Below are positions 1-13,329 of a stretch of 64,000 nt of DNA, piece by piece; position 1 is the first letter of the stretch; every line of letters begins with the position of its first letter. The position numbers were made by a program, and so were the translations under genes. Location of the stretch: assembly GCF_036321535.1 (NCBI RefSeq), contig NC_087436.1:27344001-27408000 (forward strand). The letters are read 5' to 3'. Under the pieces are notes generated by a model. The model saw only the letters and a program-made list of their open reading frames with translations. It was not told the DNA's origin and made no database searches. This DNA comes from Camelus dromedarius (lineage: Eukaryota).

Positions 1-244
1 ATCTGGCATTGGTTTATATCACTTGTGTATGAATTCCTCCATGATAAGAACAATTGTAGTTATCTTGCTAAATTAAGTTAAATTCTTAAACTGAATTGTT
101 AGAAATTTTAATCACAAATGTGTAAGGGTGCTTCTGTTTTCCATTGCAATTAAGCAGAAATACTGTTTTTTACATAGTCAAGGTAATTCAGAGACATGTT
201 TTTAATTTAATGTGATTCTTTTAATATATTTAACGCCTCAGTAA

Positions 245-441
245 CTCCATTACTTACTTGCTGTGTGATCTTGGGCAAGTTGTTTTACCTCTCTGTGCCT
301 CAATTCCATAATTTTTATAATGAAAACAATAATAGTCACTACTTTATAGGAATACCATAAAGATTAATGAGTTAATACATGTAGAACATTTAGAGAAACC
401 TTTTGCACAAAATACACACTGAAGAAACATTTGCTGTTACT
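245..441 (+). mobile_element. MIR SINE
   Basis: Core 'acttgctgtgtgatcttgggcaagttgttttacctctctgtgcctcaattcc...gagttaatacatgtagaacatttaga' follows the MIR consensus. Confidence 0.85.
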
Positions 442-2489
442 CATCAAAGCTAGGCCAATTTACTGGAAGCACCCACGCCCTTCCAACCAGCTTTGGACAC
501 CAGCTCACCAGTTTGTAATGCTTAGACATCGTTTGTCAAGTTTCCATAGTTTCCCTTCATGGTTTCCTCTACAGTTTGGGTGGAGAATATTAGTTGAGTC
601 TAGTTTTCCACATCTCAAAACCTTCCCCCTGTTCTCAAGGCTTTGCATTTTTCTAACCTTTCTATAGTTTCTCAGTTATTTGCTCTGTTATAAAGTGTTT
701 GTAATATTATTTTTATTAAGATAATACTCTCATTAAGAATTTTAAATTATTAAGAAAGCTATTTAAATTGTATATGAGAATGCATTACATATACAATTTT
801 CCAAAATTTAATACAGCTGGTACTTCTTAAGAAGATAGTTCATAGTTACAAAAGCAGCACTGAGGAGGTGTTGTGAGTAAATTCTTATTAATGTATTGTT
901 TGTATACATTAGTATAGTTATTTACAGTAAGTATATTAAATGTTGTATGCAGATGCTTTTTCAATTGAGGCAATGTCCTAGAGACATTGTTTTAAGTACA
1001 ATAACATGAATATAGTCTCCTCATTTTCTTAGTCTTTGAGAAACATCATTTTTACAATTCTTTACAATGTAAAGATAATAACATACCCATGAGTATTTTA
1101 TCAGGGGTAAATAATTTCATTTTCTCACTAATCCATAAAGAGTATTTAGGAATATGTTTTTACACTGTTCTTGTTTTGAGTTCCTTCTTTTCACAAACCA
1201 ACCGCACAGGTGTATGATGACTCTGGCTCTCTGCTTCCTACAAGCTCCTTACCCTTAATCTCCAATCAACTTTCATTGTTGGTCTGTCTATCTTGCTATG
1301 TCCCTCCCTGAGAAAATTCCATACTGCAATGGGAATTATTTGGAGTTCTTTTTTGAAGGGCCAGGTAGCTTTCAGAATAGCTGCACAGTAATGGGACAAC
1401 AGTTACTGAACTGGGTGTCACACAGGGTGAGACACTTTCTCATTATGGACATAATGTCTGTCTTTATTTTCTCTCCCCTTTTCCTCAACCACCTCCCTTC
1501 CTCCTCAGGAATCCCATTAATCCCTCTGTCACTCTTTGTCTCTTAAAAACTAAGCTTCCCACGTGTTGGGCAGAAGCTGCAGAAAACCTCTTCTAATTAT
1601 CTGCTCAGTCACTTGGGCATGATGGAGACGGTAATTATTGTTCCACAGTTAAGGCAAAAGTGGGTACTCAAAGATCACTTCCGTCTCCTTCACTGTTAAT
1701 GGATTTTCTTTGTCCCCCCCCCCCCGCCTTTTTTTTTCTTTCAGCTCATTCAAGGTATTTTATTTCTTAGTTCTTCCCTTAAGAGGCAAGCACATCTCCC
1801 TAAGGTATGCAAATTAACTTTTCTTGAGAAAAACAAACAACTGCACCACTCCCCCCAAAATTAATTGTACATGGGGAATGCATGCTCATTTTCCCATCAC
1901 CTGGGCTTTGACAACATTGTTAATGAAGTAACAAACCTCACATAGTCATATAAAGGAACAGTTATGGGACTCTTCCTCAACTCAGCTCCATTTCAAGAGC
2001 CTCCATTAGCTGTAAATGGTTCTCCTTTTTTTTTAAATCCCAGAAGCATGGTACAATTTAATTCAGTTTTTTTCATTCAATCTTTTGACTTATTGATAAG
2101 GGGAAACAGGTGCAAGAGGGATACTATACAAACTACAAAATTAAAAATATGACCAACAACGCATTCATTTTATACTGCTTATATAACAGTGGAAAGTATA
2201 TACTTTATACTTGTATATAACATGCTACTTTTTGTCTACAAAATCTCAAGAGATTCTGAAAAATTCTGCATAGTGGACTGGTCAGAAATCATTACCCCCA
2301 TTACACAGATTTAAAAAAAGCCTGAGATTTGACATGGTTAAAGATTTCTTGCAAAAGTATATTTTTTAAAATCAAATGCCAGAGAACTCCATGTCAACTG
2401 ATATGAAATAAAACATAAACATCCAATGCTTTATTTTTATAAGCAAAATGGACAGTATTTATTTACTTTTGAATAAGAATAGAGTATAT

Positions 2490-3070
2490 GCTACTGAATC
2501 AGATGAGAGATCCCCCTAGCTGAACCCAAGCCCTCCTGGCTTTGCAGAGAGTTCTTTCCCAGTCAGGTTTCCTGCTCAAGTTCCCACAAATAACAAAACT
2601 GAATTTGATGCAAGCAATACAGGCTTTTATTTATTTTTATTATTTTTTCCCCCAATGGCCAGAGAGACAAGCTTTTTATAGAAAAGGGTGATGGAGGTTA
2701 TAGTGGGCAGGGTCTTTTATCATCCTGGTTCATGGAAATGGGTGGCAATTTCCCAGAATGCAGTTCAGGCATCCCTTCTGCCCTTGTGTGGCCCTTTGGT
2801 GTCTGGGTTGGAAGAGGATTGAACAAATATGGTGTGAGCAGGGGAAGAGATTATTATTACAATGAGATGATATGAGCTTTAGAGAGAATTTTGTCCCAAT
2901 TTTGAAGTTTAATCAGCTTATACTGATTTCTTCTGTCTAAATTCTCTGGTTCCTGTCTTGTAAACACAGCTAGAAGGTATAGTCTCAATTCTCTGCAGGT
3001 TTGCCTGGAGAGGGATTTTTTTTTAAATTAGAAGTGGGAGAGGGCTTCCTTGCATCCTTGCCTTAAACAG
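2490..3070 (-). mobile_element. Degenerate LTR-like element (ERV class, family uncertain)
   Basis: GC-richer block starting 'tgctactgaa', with a reversed polyA signal (tttatt) and reversed TATA (tttttata) in LTR order; boundaries approximate. Confidence 0.4.
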
Positions 3071-3589
3071 GTGTACTTGTTTTATATAGATAGTTTAGGT
3101 ATGGGTTAGTGACCCTTGAGTTGCTCCCCGGGGTGACATATAACTGATCCTATGTAGTGCAAGAGGTTAGACAGGCCATGAACCTAGGAATAAACTACCT
3201 TCCTTATATATGCTTCAGAGACATGCAGAGATGTTTTCAGGATAGAGCCTACCTTCATTGTACAAAGTGTGAGAAATTTAAAGGGAACATAGATAAACTT
3301 AGATAAACTTGTAGATGATTTACTTTTATATTTGAAGAATCCATGCCAATTTCCCACACAAAAAGAATCAAGATCACAAATTGTTTTCTTCTCATTTTCC
3401 TGGTTTTTTAATTTGTCTTTCTGCCTATTTCTTCCTTAAAAAAACCCCAAAAACAAAAAACTTACTATAGTTATTATTGGTTCATATTGATCTCTTGTAA
3501 ATTAGCTTTGAGGTCGATTACCAGATAGCTGTCAACATGTCATAGATTTTTTTCTGTCTTGAGTTGAAGATAAATCTATTGGTCTTGAT

Positions 3590-3960
3590 AAATGATTTTC
3601 AAACTTTTTTTTAAATATAATGCAACCCCTGGTAAAGAAAGCATTTTATGTTGCCTCTATACTTACATAAGCACACCCACCTGCACACACTATGTTTGTA
3701 TGTATGTATGTGTGTTTGCGTGTATGTGTGTATGCATACATACATATATAAACTGAAATGAAAAGTAATGAACCTATATTTACTCTTATATTTAAAGACT
3801 ATCTTCTTTGTTTTTTAATCAAATCCACTTTAGTCTAAATTAATCATTTTCAAGCTCATTTATTCTTTTACATTCTAACTTATTTTTTTAAATGTTGGTC
3901 AAAATTCAATTCTCCAATTCTATAACTTGCTATTTGTTACAACCTATTTTGAAAAATTCT
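3590..3960. mobile_element. hAT-Charlie-type MITE
   Basis: Decayed terminal inverted repeats 'gattttcaaac...ttttgaaaaatt' and internal 'aaagcattttatgttgc...aactgaaatgaaaag' resembling Charlie MITEs. Confidence 0.55.
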
Positions 3961-4609
3961 CTTCCTGGTCAAATTTGGTAATGTGAAAGAAAGAAAATGT
4001 TAATTTCTGTCTAAATATTAAATGTTCAACAAAAACTTGGAATCTGTAACTTTAAATTCTTTTAGGAGGATAGTATGTAAGGGAGTGACTATTATTAGGT
4101 ACTAAATACCATGAAGAATGGATATATAAATTTTTTAATCCTTGTCACACCAATATAGTGAAAGTAGAACTATGCAAAGTTTTCATCACACAAAACAAAA
4201 ATTATTTGGGATATACCATTTTATGAAAATTTAGTCATGAGATTTACTATTAAGAGGTGAAGAAAAACTGGATTTTTAATAGCGTATTTCTCTCACTTTT
4301 AGGGGCCCTTAAGCAGCTGTGTTGGCCACCAGATTAGGGTTTGTAAAAAACTAGAATCCCATTTCAGGCTAAGATCTAAGATTCTTTTTCTGTGACCCAG
4401 ATTCCTTCCTCAACACATATTCAAGCCACTCTGGACCTTATACTATGGTGAAATGACAGCAGGAAAGTGGTTCTTAATTCATTGCTGTCTAGACTATTAG
4501 GAGATTGACAACTAATTTAGAAAACCATTTTAATAATAAAATAAGACATTGACTTGTAAAAGAGTTGCAGTGAAGTTAGACGTCAGAAAGAACAGTACAT
4601 CAAGAAATA

Positions 4610-5138
4610 GGTATATTGTGCGGCATTATTTGCTATGGCCAAGATATGGGAACAACCTAAGTGTCTGTGGACAGATGAATGGAAAAAGAAATTGTGGTAT
4701 ATGCATACAGTGGAATATTATTCAGCTTTAAAACAGTAGGAAGTCTTGATATTTGCAAGAACATGGATAAAACTAGAGAATACTATGCTAAGTGAAATAA
4801 ACCAAGGGTTGGGGAGAGGGAGAAATAGGGAGCAGTTGACAATAGGATACAAACTTCCAGCTGTAAAATGAATAAGGTCTGAAGATCTAATGGATAATAT
4901 AGTGATTATGGTTGATAACTCTGTATTGTATGATTGAAATTTGCTAAGAGTAGAACTTAAATGTTCTCACCAACACAGACAAACAAAAAATGTAAATATG
5001 TGAGGTGATGGATATGTTAACTTAATGAGGGGAATCCTTTCACATTGTATATGTAGATCAAATCATCACATTGTGCTTTAAATACATTGCTATTTTATTT
5101 GTCAGTTATACCACTGTAAAACTAAAAAAAAAAAAAAA
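4610..5138 (+). mobile_element. L1 3' end (L1MA9-like) with poly(A)
   Basis: 'caacctaagtgtc...gatgaatgga...ggaatattattcagc...atgctaagtgaaataa', then L1MA-type 3'UTR 'aatttgctaagagtagaacttaaatgttctcac' and an A-tail. Confidence 0.9.
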
Positions 5139-5146
5139 CATGCAAA

Positions 5147-5172
5147 CACACACACACACTCACACACACACA
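5147..5172. repeat. (CA)n microsatellite, imperfect
   Basis: Visible directly after the L1 tail. Confidence 0.9.
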
Positions 5173-7671
5173 AACCCTCATACAGACATTCAACTTATTT
5201 AAATAAAGAAACCACAGACTTCCAAGTTTACTGGGATTATAATTATTCTGCTTATGATGAAAAAACAAAATTTAACATTATGAAAATCAGAAATAAAGTG
5301 ACTGTTTAAGAATCAAAAACTTCTGGAAAATCTTCAGAGTTTTATATTTTTAGCAAGACTAAACCTACATGGAGTCATCTAATTTTTTTAGTTTGTCTCA
5401 GGGTGTAACTTTGTTTGTTTTGTGTTCTGACTTCTAAGTGTGATGAGTATGTTGATTTGGGGCCAATTGCCAGTTTTGTTTCCACACAGTCCTGAAGCAC
5501 CTGGATTAGAGGCGAACTCTTGCTTCCATGCCCATCTTTGCACACAATGTGTCCAAGTTCTTCATCATTAATAGGAGGCTGTGGGAATGGTTACTGAGCA
5601 GGGCTGCTAAGCAGAATCTTGAGTGGATATTCAAAGACTGATTGGCTGCTTGCCCCTGGCAGCCCATATTCCTGGAATTCCCAAGGTCCCTGCACAGCAC
5701 CAGGACTCCATGCTGAACCCCATCTTCACTCTGACTCCATTTCTTCTTGCTCAGACTTTGAGTCCCCCTCCTCACCACAACCCAAGCAAGTGTTTTTTTC
5801 CATGTTTTCCACCTTTCTTCCTCACTTCAAATGATTCAAACAAAATTGTTATTACTTTGAAACAGGATATTTAGAGTTATGAGTGAAAAATTCTGTCTAT
5901 GCACTTATAATTCCTCAAAGAACACTTCAACCAAGACATCTTCATCAATATCATTTTAAAACTGATTTGACTCTCCTCTCACATGCTCTTCAAAATACAT
6001 TTCTCCCTCACCACCAGTTATATTGCTATATTGCAGCAGTAAAGTGGTGGTTTTTTTTTTTTTCTTGCTGATTGTCCCTGGCCCTGATCTCTAATAGGGT
6101 TATTCATTCTCTCTGAACTTGTTTTATATTTCCTCCAAGACAGTAAGTGCAACTTCCAAACTGAAAGCACAGTTAGGATCAGAAGTCCTTCTTCTTCTTC
6201 CTATATATGTAAGAATGTACAGAATTATGGCTACCATGATATTTTCTGATTTCTGTCTTCAGGATGCCCTCTCCATCTCTTTTTAGCTCAGGGCTATATT
6301 ATGTGCAATATCATGTGTGTTATATTTTAAAAATCCATTTTATTTTATTTTAATAATGCTTCTCAACCACAATTGTTCTACAAAGAGTATGTCTTACCTC
6401 ACTATCTATCCATATTAAATGCTGTAAAAATAAATGACTTGAGGAGTCTGTATAACTCAATCTAATTTACTGCAAGAATCTTTAAAAAGTGGAAGTAAAA
6501 TTCATATTAATATTTATGTGCATCAAGTACTTGGTAAAATTTAATAGAAGTTGTGATAAAAATAACTGCCACAAAGGAAGATGCTCTAATACTCAACAGA
6601 TTTTTATTTACAGATTTATAGAGCAGTGAAATCTGATGGGCAGATAGTCAATATAAATATATTTTATTACATCATCTGTTTTTATCAGATTTGTTGCTAG
6701 ACAATACATTTATATTTACTGATAGTAATAAAAATGAAATGGGTGAATAGAATGTGAAGATATTTTTAACAGTTTTGCTGGTTTATATAACATTTAGAAT
6801 TTTAAAGTAGCATTATTTTATGGGCACTAAGCTCAGATTTTCCCAGCAGCATTATAAATACACAGCAAAGATTTAAAATAATGTTCAGAAATTAATAAAT
6901 ATTTTTTGCTTATTGGAATATAACATTTGAAAACAGTAATTAAAACAAATAATGGTGTTCTTATAACCTCTGACAGACCTTATTTTTGTGTTTGAATTTT
7001 GACTTAGATTCTTGTACAATTATTTTATAACTTTATTTTAAATTTTCATATTTTAAGTAGTTATGAAAAGATACGGAATAAAGATGGCTAGTGCTTCCTG
7101 ATAGTCATATAATTCTATATATAAAAATTTATCATGGAGAATTTCAAGGCAAATTCTTAAAAAAAGAGAATGTAGGCAAATCCCTTTTCCAAAATTTGGG
7201 GTGTGACTGTGGAATGGCAGACAAGAATTTTAAGTTTACTTGACTTTTGAGTCTGTGAGAGAAGTTCCATTAACAGTTTTTTTGAATAAGATACTGATGA
7301 AAAAGAATAGTGAGTCAGAGAAACCAGAAGAAAAGAAAATAGATTTTAGTTCCTTTTGCCACCTCAGCTCAGAAAATGTAACTCATTTACATGTGAGGGA
7401 TAGTAAGATTTACCCATTTGCGCTGAAATTGCAGCTAAGGCACAAGTCAGAGGACAAGGGCTCTTAATTCTCACACCTTAAAAAGAGGAGTCAGAGAGCT
7501 TCCAGAAAAATTAGAGCCAGATTCCATGCCCTGCCCTCCCCCTACGTCTTTATCCACCATACCGCCAACTGCCCATCCTGGCCTCCTCATGTCAGGCTCA
7601 AAAACAATGGCACAAAGTAGTTTTGTTTTAGTGACTTAAAGAGAACAGAGTAAATTTATTACATCAGAATG

Positions 7672-7674
<3 letters not shown>

Positions 7675-7728
<54 letters not shown>
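7675..7728. repeat. (AAT)18 microsatellite
   Basis: Perfect trinucleotide run; explains the poly-Tyr of ORF 7673..7939. Confidence 0.97.
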
Positions 7729-7730
<2 letters not shown>

Positions 7731-7887
7731 AACTGCTTCATCATTGAACTGCCCAATTTATTACCATGTATCAGGTAAAAAATTCCCCTATTAAAAACAT
7801 TTTGAGGGAGGAGTAGGGGACAAATGTAGTTATAACTGCACCTCACAGATAATTTTCTCCAACCTAGTGACATGTGCCCTCCCACAG

Positions 7888-7978
7888 GGAACCCACAGCA
7901 TCCAGAGAGGCAACAAGCATCACAGATGGACACTGACAACGCTGCAGATGAGATGAGGAAGCCGCTCCCCTCAGCAAG
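7888..7978 (+). CDS. Candidate internal 91-nt exon of an unidentified gene; open frame NPQHPERQQASQMDTDNAADEMRKPLPSA
   Basis: Acceptor 'gtgacatgtgccctcccacAG|G', donor 'AAG|GTATGT', purine/CpG-richer non-repeat sequence, one of three frames open; could equally be a UTR or lncRNA exon. Confidence 0.5.
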
Positions 7979-9679
7979 GTATGTGTGACCACGCGTGAAT
8001 GTAAGAGGCTCTTTGTGTACTGCCTTTCATCTGGATGGAGTGTGTATGTCCTCCGTTCCAGATATGGCTGTGCTGTGGAAACCGGACTAAGTAAACTCGG
8101 AGATAGATTTGAGATTAGAATTTGAAACTAGACAGGGCTGGTTTAAAATGAACAACATAACCAAAAATTAATGAAATTTAAGTATTAAGAGGTCATGGTG
8201 CCAATGAAAGGTTGGTATTAGCATGAGAAAGGCATGGTTTATGGAATATGGCATTTTCATGATATTTCACTACCCAATAAACTGCTTATATATATATGTA
8301 TTTAAATATATTTAAATACATATATATATTTGAACTTCAGAATTTAAAGTGATTGATTGGATGTCTCTATGATTAAAATTCCCCTCAAATATTGTGCATG
8401 TCTGTACTCAAAACACAAAAGAACATTAAAAATACGTCTTATATCTGGAGGTAAAATTCCCTCAGTGTTTCGAAGTTACACATTTCTTTTGACTTGGATA
8501 GTGATGTTCACTTCAGCTGTTTAAATAGAATACTGCACTAAATGGAAAAAAAATTATGGAAGTATTGTGACACTTCACATTTCATAAGATAGTTCACTTC
8601 AACTTTGTGATTTTTTGCAGTTAAAATTTTAAGTAAATATTTTATTGTACTTTGTCATATTTATGTTTGAAGCAATGCTTTGTGAAGATTATTTCTAGTT
8701 GTGAATTATTCTGTCTGTTGCTTCAACTTATTTACAATCAATTTTATTGAATTGCTGAACCATCTAGATATGTTATGTTTGATTGTAGCTAGACAATGTC
8801 TTTGTTGAAAAATATTATTTTTTCTAAGTATTACTTACTGTTTTCCCAAGAACAAGCAATGCCATTTATTTGATATATATGAAATAATATAAGCCAATGT
8901 TACAAGCCTTAAGTTATCCTAGACATTTTACTACCCTGAAGACATCTTATTTTTGATTCACTGTTTTCATTAAGTTCCCTTTTCAACAATAGTGTTTAAC
9001 TTTAATGCCATTTATTTTTACTTCTGTCTGCTCTGAAGGGATTCAGTTCTAGCTGGTACCTAGCATATAGTCATCTGACTTTTTTTTTTAACATTGCAGA
9101 ACATGAGGTTATTTCTTTCAGTTCTATCTTGATGAAAAGTAAACATAAATATGTTTTATCACTCAGAAAATTTTACAGAAATATAATGGGGAAAAAAAGG
9201 TGTGTGGTATACAGAAATACCAATGTACAACTTCATTCTATATAGGATTATTAGAACAAAATATTCAATATGCACAAAATTTATCTCTTTTTGTTCATAA
9301 GTAAGAGCAGTGAACTAGACTGGTAGAAAGTTTCAAGACCTCTGTTAGATGATACATTGAAATTATTTTTGTTTAGAACATTTGTTTGATATATAAGAGA
9401 ATATTTCCTGTCTCTATTATATATATTTCAAGTGTATTTCCTAACTATTAGAAGAAAGGAGTCATGTTAAAATGCATCTTTAGGTAGAAATATATTTCAA
9501 CTTATAAGAGCAATGTACTTAGGGAAAAATGCTATCTTTTGAGTAACAGAAAACTCACACCCTTATATTCATGTTCATTTTTTGTGAAAGCTAAGTATAA
9601 CTTAAGATATGTAATTAATGAGACCAGATGATTGATTTCTATGATAAAATGAAGTCTATTCGAAAATCTGTATAACACT

Positions 9680-10040
9680 GTTAGGCCCTCAATATCCACT
9701 TGTGTTCTTTCCTAAAAAGCACTTGTGAGTAATTTGGAGGTATAAGAAGCAAAAGAAAGGCTCACCAGTTTCATCATACACCATCAGATTGCCATTGGGA
9801 CAGTTGGTAAGGTAGATACTCTGAGTTGCTGGCCCAACAGAGACGTTATACGTTCTCACTAGCAGAAATGTAATTGTGTTTTGAGAGATCAGTGTGCTCA
9901 AAAGCAGGAAATGGCTCATGGTTTCTAGTCACTCCAAATCGTCTGTGGCCCCTTTGCTAGATCCTGGCAATGAGACTTAACAGGCATTATACTGGAGCGG
10001 CTGGAAACGATTTTGCTTTCTCATAAAGGAAATGGACTCC
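9680..10040 (+). mobile_element. Old MaLR LTR fragment (MLT1I/J/K-like)
   Basis: 'ccctcaatatccact' and 'ctggcaatgagacttaac...ctggaaacgattttgctttctcataaagg' resemble MLT1 consensus segments. Confidence 0.55.
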
Positions 10041-10044
10041 CAGA

Positions 10045-10231
10045 AAGGCAGGAGGAATTGGAGCTCACCCTGGGGACACAGACACTCCGGCAGCCATTTT
10101 TGGAAGGTCCTTGTCCTGGGAGGACACTGGTGCTGGTAAGCACCATTGTGGAATCCTCGCTCGAGCTTATAGCACCTGGACCAGCCCAGCCCACCAGCCT
10201 GTCAACACCAGTATTGGGACACCTCAGGCCA
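10045..10231 (+). mobile_element. L1 5'UTR fragment
   Basis: 'gcagccatttttggaag...gacactggtgctggtaagcaccattgtggaatcctc...gcccaccagcctgt...gggacacctcaggcc' resembles L1M 5' regions. Confidence 0.65.
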
Positions 10232-10232
10232 T

Positions 10233-10425
10233 TCAGCCAAGGAACCACCAAAAGCTGGGAGAGGGGCCTGGAAAATGTCCTCTCTCGTGCCTTCTCAGGG
10301 AGCATGGTCCTACTGATGACCTGACTTTGATCTCTGGCCTCCAGATCTGTGAGACAATATATTTCTCTTGTTCTAAGCCACCCATTATTTGGTACTTTGT
10401 CACTGCAGCCTAGGAAACTAGTGCA
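10233..10425 (+). mobile_element. MLT1B/C LTR 3' half
   Basis: 'agccaagga...ctggcctccagatctgtgagacaatatatttctcttgttctaagccaccc...tttggtactttgtcactgcagcctaggaaactagtgca'. Confidence 0.85.
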
Positions 10426-11884
10426 ATATTTAAGTATAAAATGTGCAATAATTTTTATTAATCAAATAATAGATAAGGCAAGAAGTTTTTAAAATAAATC
10501 TTAGTAGTAAAAGTTATTTCACTGAGCATATTATTCTATATGTAATGAGGGTAATAAAAATAATAAACTTTCTAAAATAGGGCTCGTATTAATTCTCAGT
10601 CTTCTGAAAGTCTGTAATAGAATATCAGCATTTGGTCATTAGATTTCCATAGGCTTAGGTAGTGAAATCTTTGAATTTCAGTCCATTCATAGTGCACCCT
10701 TTAGATCAGTTTACTTTGATATTTTTATAATGCAGTCACCTAATCTATTCTTAATCCATGCTTTCTTATTCATTTGGCATAACAATATCATATGATTTAT
10801 CTTTTGAATAAGGTGAGACTTTTCTCAAACTGTATATGATTCACAGATTACTTTCTTCAGCAGAGGAAAATGTGAGCTCATTTTCTGCCAAACAAAACAA
10901 CTGCATAAAAAAGGGAAAAAAACATATTAAGATGGTAGAAGATTTACTTTTTAAAGAAAAGGATATGGTGTTAAAGGCATTTTTGTTATGAAGGGTGAGA
11001 AGGCAAATGTCTAATGTTCAGCTATTCAAGGATGACAGGCTAAACATTTAAACAATGAAGACATCATATTCTGTTCAACCTTACCTAGAATATATTCTGG
11101 GAGAATTTAACAGCAAATCATGTGATTTTACGTAAATCAAAATTTTGTAGACCGGTTTATTTTTGTTAAGTGAATTTTCTTAACAATGAAAAATTCTACT
11201 ACATCATATTAATATATTACACATATTTAATTAATAAATATGTTTTGAAAATGAATTATTAAATTATAGCAAATGAAAGGTAAATAATCGGAACTGGTAC
11301 TGTCCAAAATTGGGATAATCAAAACCACAGTGATATTTATAATAATTTCAGGATTTTATTACTCGACTATATGCTATTTTGAACTTTACTGAAGGAAAAA
11401 AAAAAGACTAAACCCTCAAAGGCTTTTACTTTACATAAATTTTTTACGTCCAATATAGTTGTTTCTCAGGCAGATTCCACAGAATACAACTCATAAACAA
11501 GACTTTGTGGTTAAATAAATTTACCAATGCTATGTACAGTATCCTGCACTGCAAATCTGCAAAACAGATGGGCATATCAAAAGCAAGGAAACATTCTACA
11601 GTGAAAACTTCTGTGACCCAGTTTAACCCTAAGTTTTCCAAACTTACGCTACTGGGAAATGCTAATTTTCATGAAATACCTATGAATATCACTAAGAAAT
11701 GTTTCCTAAAATATAAGAATGTGCTTTATAAAACTTCAAGAAACTAGAATCTGAAAAAAAAGTCAATTTCACTGAGTAATAACAGATCATCCCTGTAAAA
11801 TGGATTTACAGAAAAAAATTTGAAATTAGATATGCCATTCAATAAAAAAAAAATTGGATAGATATTACCATAGTATATTCTTGG

Positions 11885-12192
11885 GTAGCAATTAGCAATC
11901 TTTTTCTGTAAAGGATCAAGTAGCAAATATTTTAGACTGTAGTGGGAGCTATTCAATTGTCATAGCTACTTAGCTTTGCCATAGACAGGATGTAAATGAA
12001 TGAGCGTGCTATGTTCCAGTAAAACTTTATTTGTGGACAGAGAAATTTGAATTTCATATCATTTTCATGTCACCAAATATTATTCTGATTTTTTTCAACC
12101 ATTAAAGAAATTCTTAACTCACAGACAGTACAAAAAGTACAAAAAGTGGTCATCGGCCAGATTTCACCTGCAGGCTGTAGTTTGCTGAAATT
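11885..12192. mobile_element. MER58B-like hAT-Charlie MITE
   Basis: 'gcaatctttttctgtaaaggatc...gttccagtaaaactttatttgtggacagagaaatttgaatttcatat...ggccagattt...ggctgtagtttgctga'. Confidence 0.85.
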
Positions 12193-13329
12193 TATTCTAG
12201 AATATTAATCCTATGGATTTGACACCCCGTTTGTTTGTGCCTTTTAGGAAGAAGTGGCACATTCTTGCATTCAGGCTTAGATTATTTGGGCCAAAAGTTC
12301 ATGCCCCTTTAGGAGGAACAAAGAAGAAAGATAGGAGAAGGAAGCGACTGCAGCGTGATATATAAATCTGTATTTGAATCTTTATGCTGCAGTGCCACGC
12401 TATTAAAATTATAGTGTAGCTTAATGAATTAGATTTATGTCTGCCTATTCTATGCTAAATATGTATTTGGACAAGGTCTATTCTTTTATTTTCTTAACAT
12501 ATGTGCAGTCTCACAATTTGTGAAAAATAAAATAATACACTGTACCATGGAAAACAAAAGAAAGGGAAACATAATTTGTGACTTTATTATAATCATATTT
12601 AAAATTATGTAGAAGAACTACTTACTACATGTTAGAAAATCAGCTTGAAAAAATGCATTAATTAAACTATGAATTCAGTGCATTTTTTCAAGGACTTGAC
12701 ACTTTAACTTAACCTATGTTTTCAGAATAACCCAACTTGAAAACAGTTTTTGTAGAGTGTTCATTTTCATTCCTGTGTTGTATCTCAGTATTTTAATATA
12801 TTACTTATTTATCCCTCCTTTATTTTAGGGACTTATTTTGTTCTCATTTGGTGCTGTTATATGCAACATCACGATAAACATTTTGGATATGGATTCTAGT
12901 TTGTCTGTGCAGATGTTCCTTAAACATGTATACCTAGTAATGAGACTACAGGAAACGTATACAATCCTTGACTATATTGGAAATAAGTTAACGTTTCTCA
13001 TACTCATATGAAGTTCTATTCACAACATTAGAAAATGCATCTATTTCTTCTCAACTCACTAACACTTGATATTTTCAGAATTCATAGTTTTAACAAGCAG
13101 AGTCCATCTCCATATATTTATTTTTCCTTGCATTGTATATATATGGACATTTCCTTGCATTTTATATCTATCTTTCTATTTATCTATCTCAGCTTTTCCT
13201 AAGTTCCAGGCTCTGTATAGAGATCTTACAAGCTTATTTCATCTCAACATTGTAATGAGACGTTCACTATCCTTAACCACTTTTATAGAAGTAGCAAAGG
13301 GAAATAAAATTTCAATGGGGAGAGAGTAC

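Noticed and set aside
9689..9919. ORF with protein-like motif CPNGNLMVYDETGEPFF
   Set aside because: Lies within an MLT1-like LTR on the opposite strand; no homologue recognised
10013..10413. Three overlapping ORFs of about 100 aa
   Set aside because: Explained by GC-rich L1 5'UTR and MLT1 sequence
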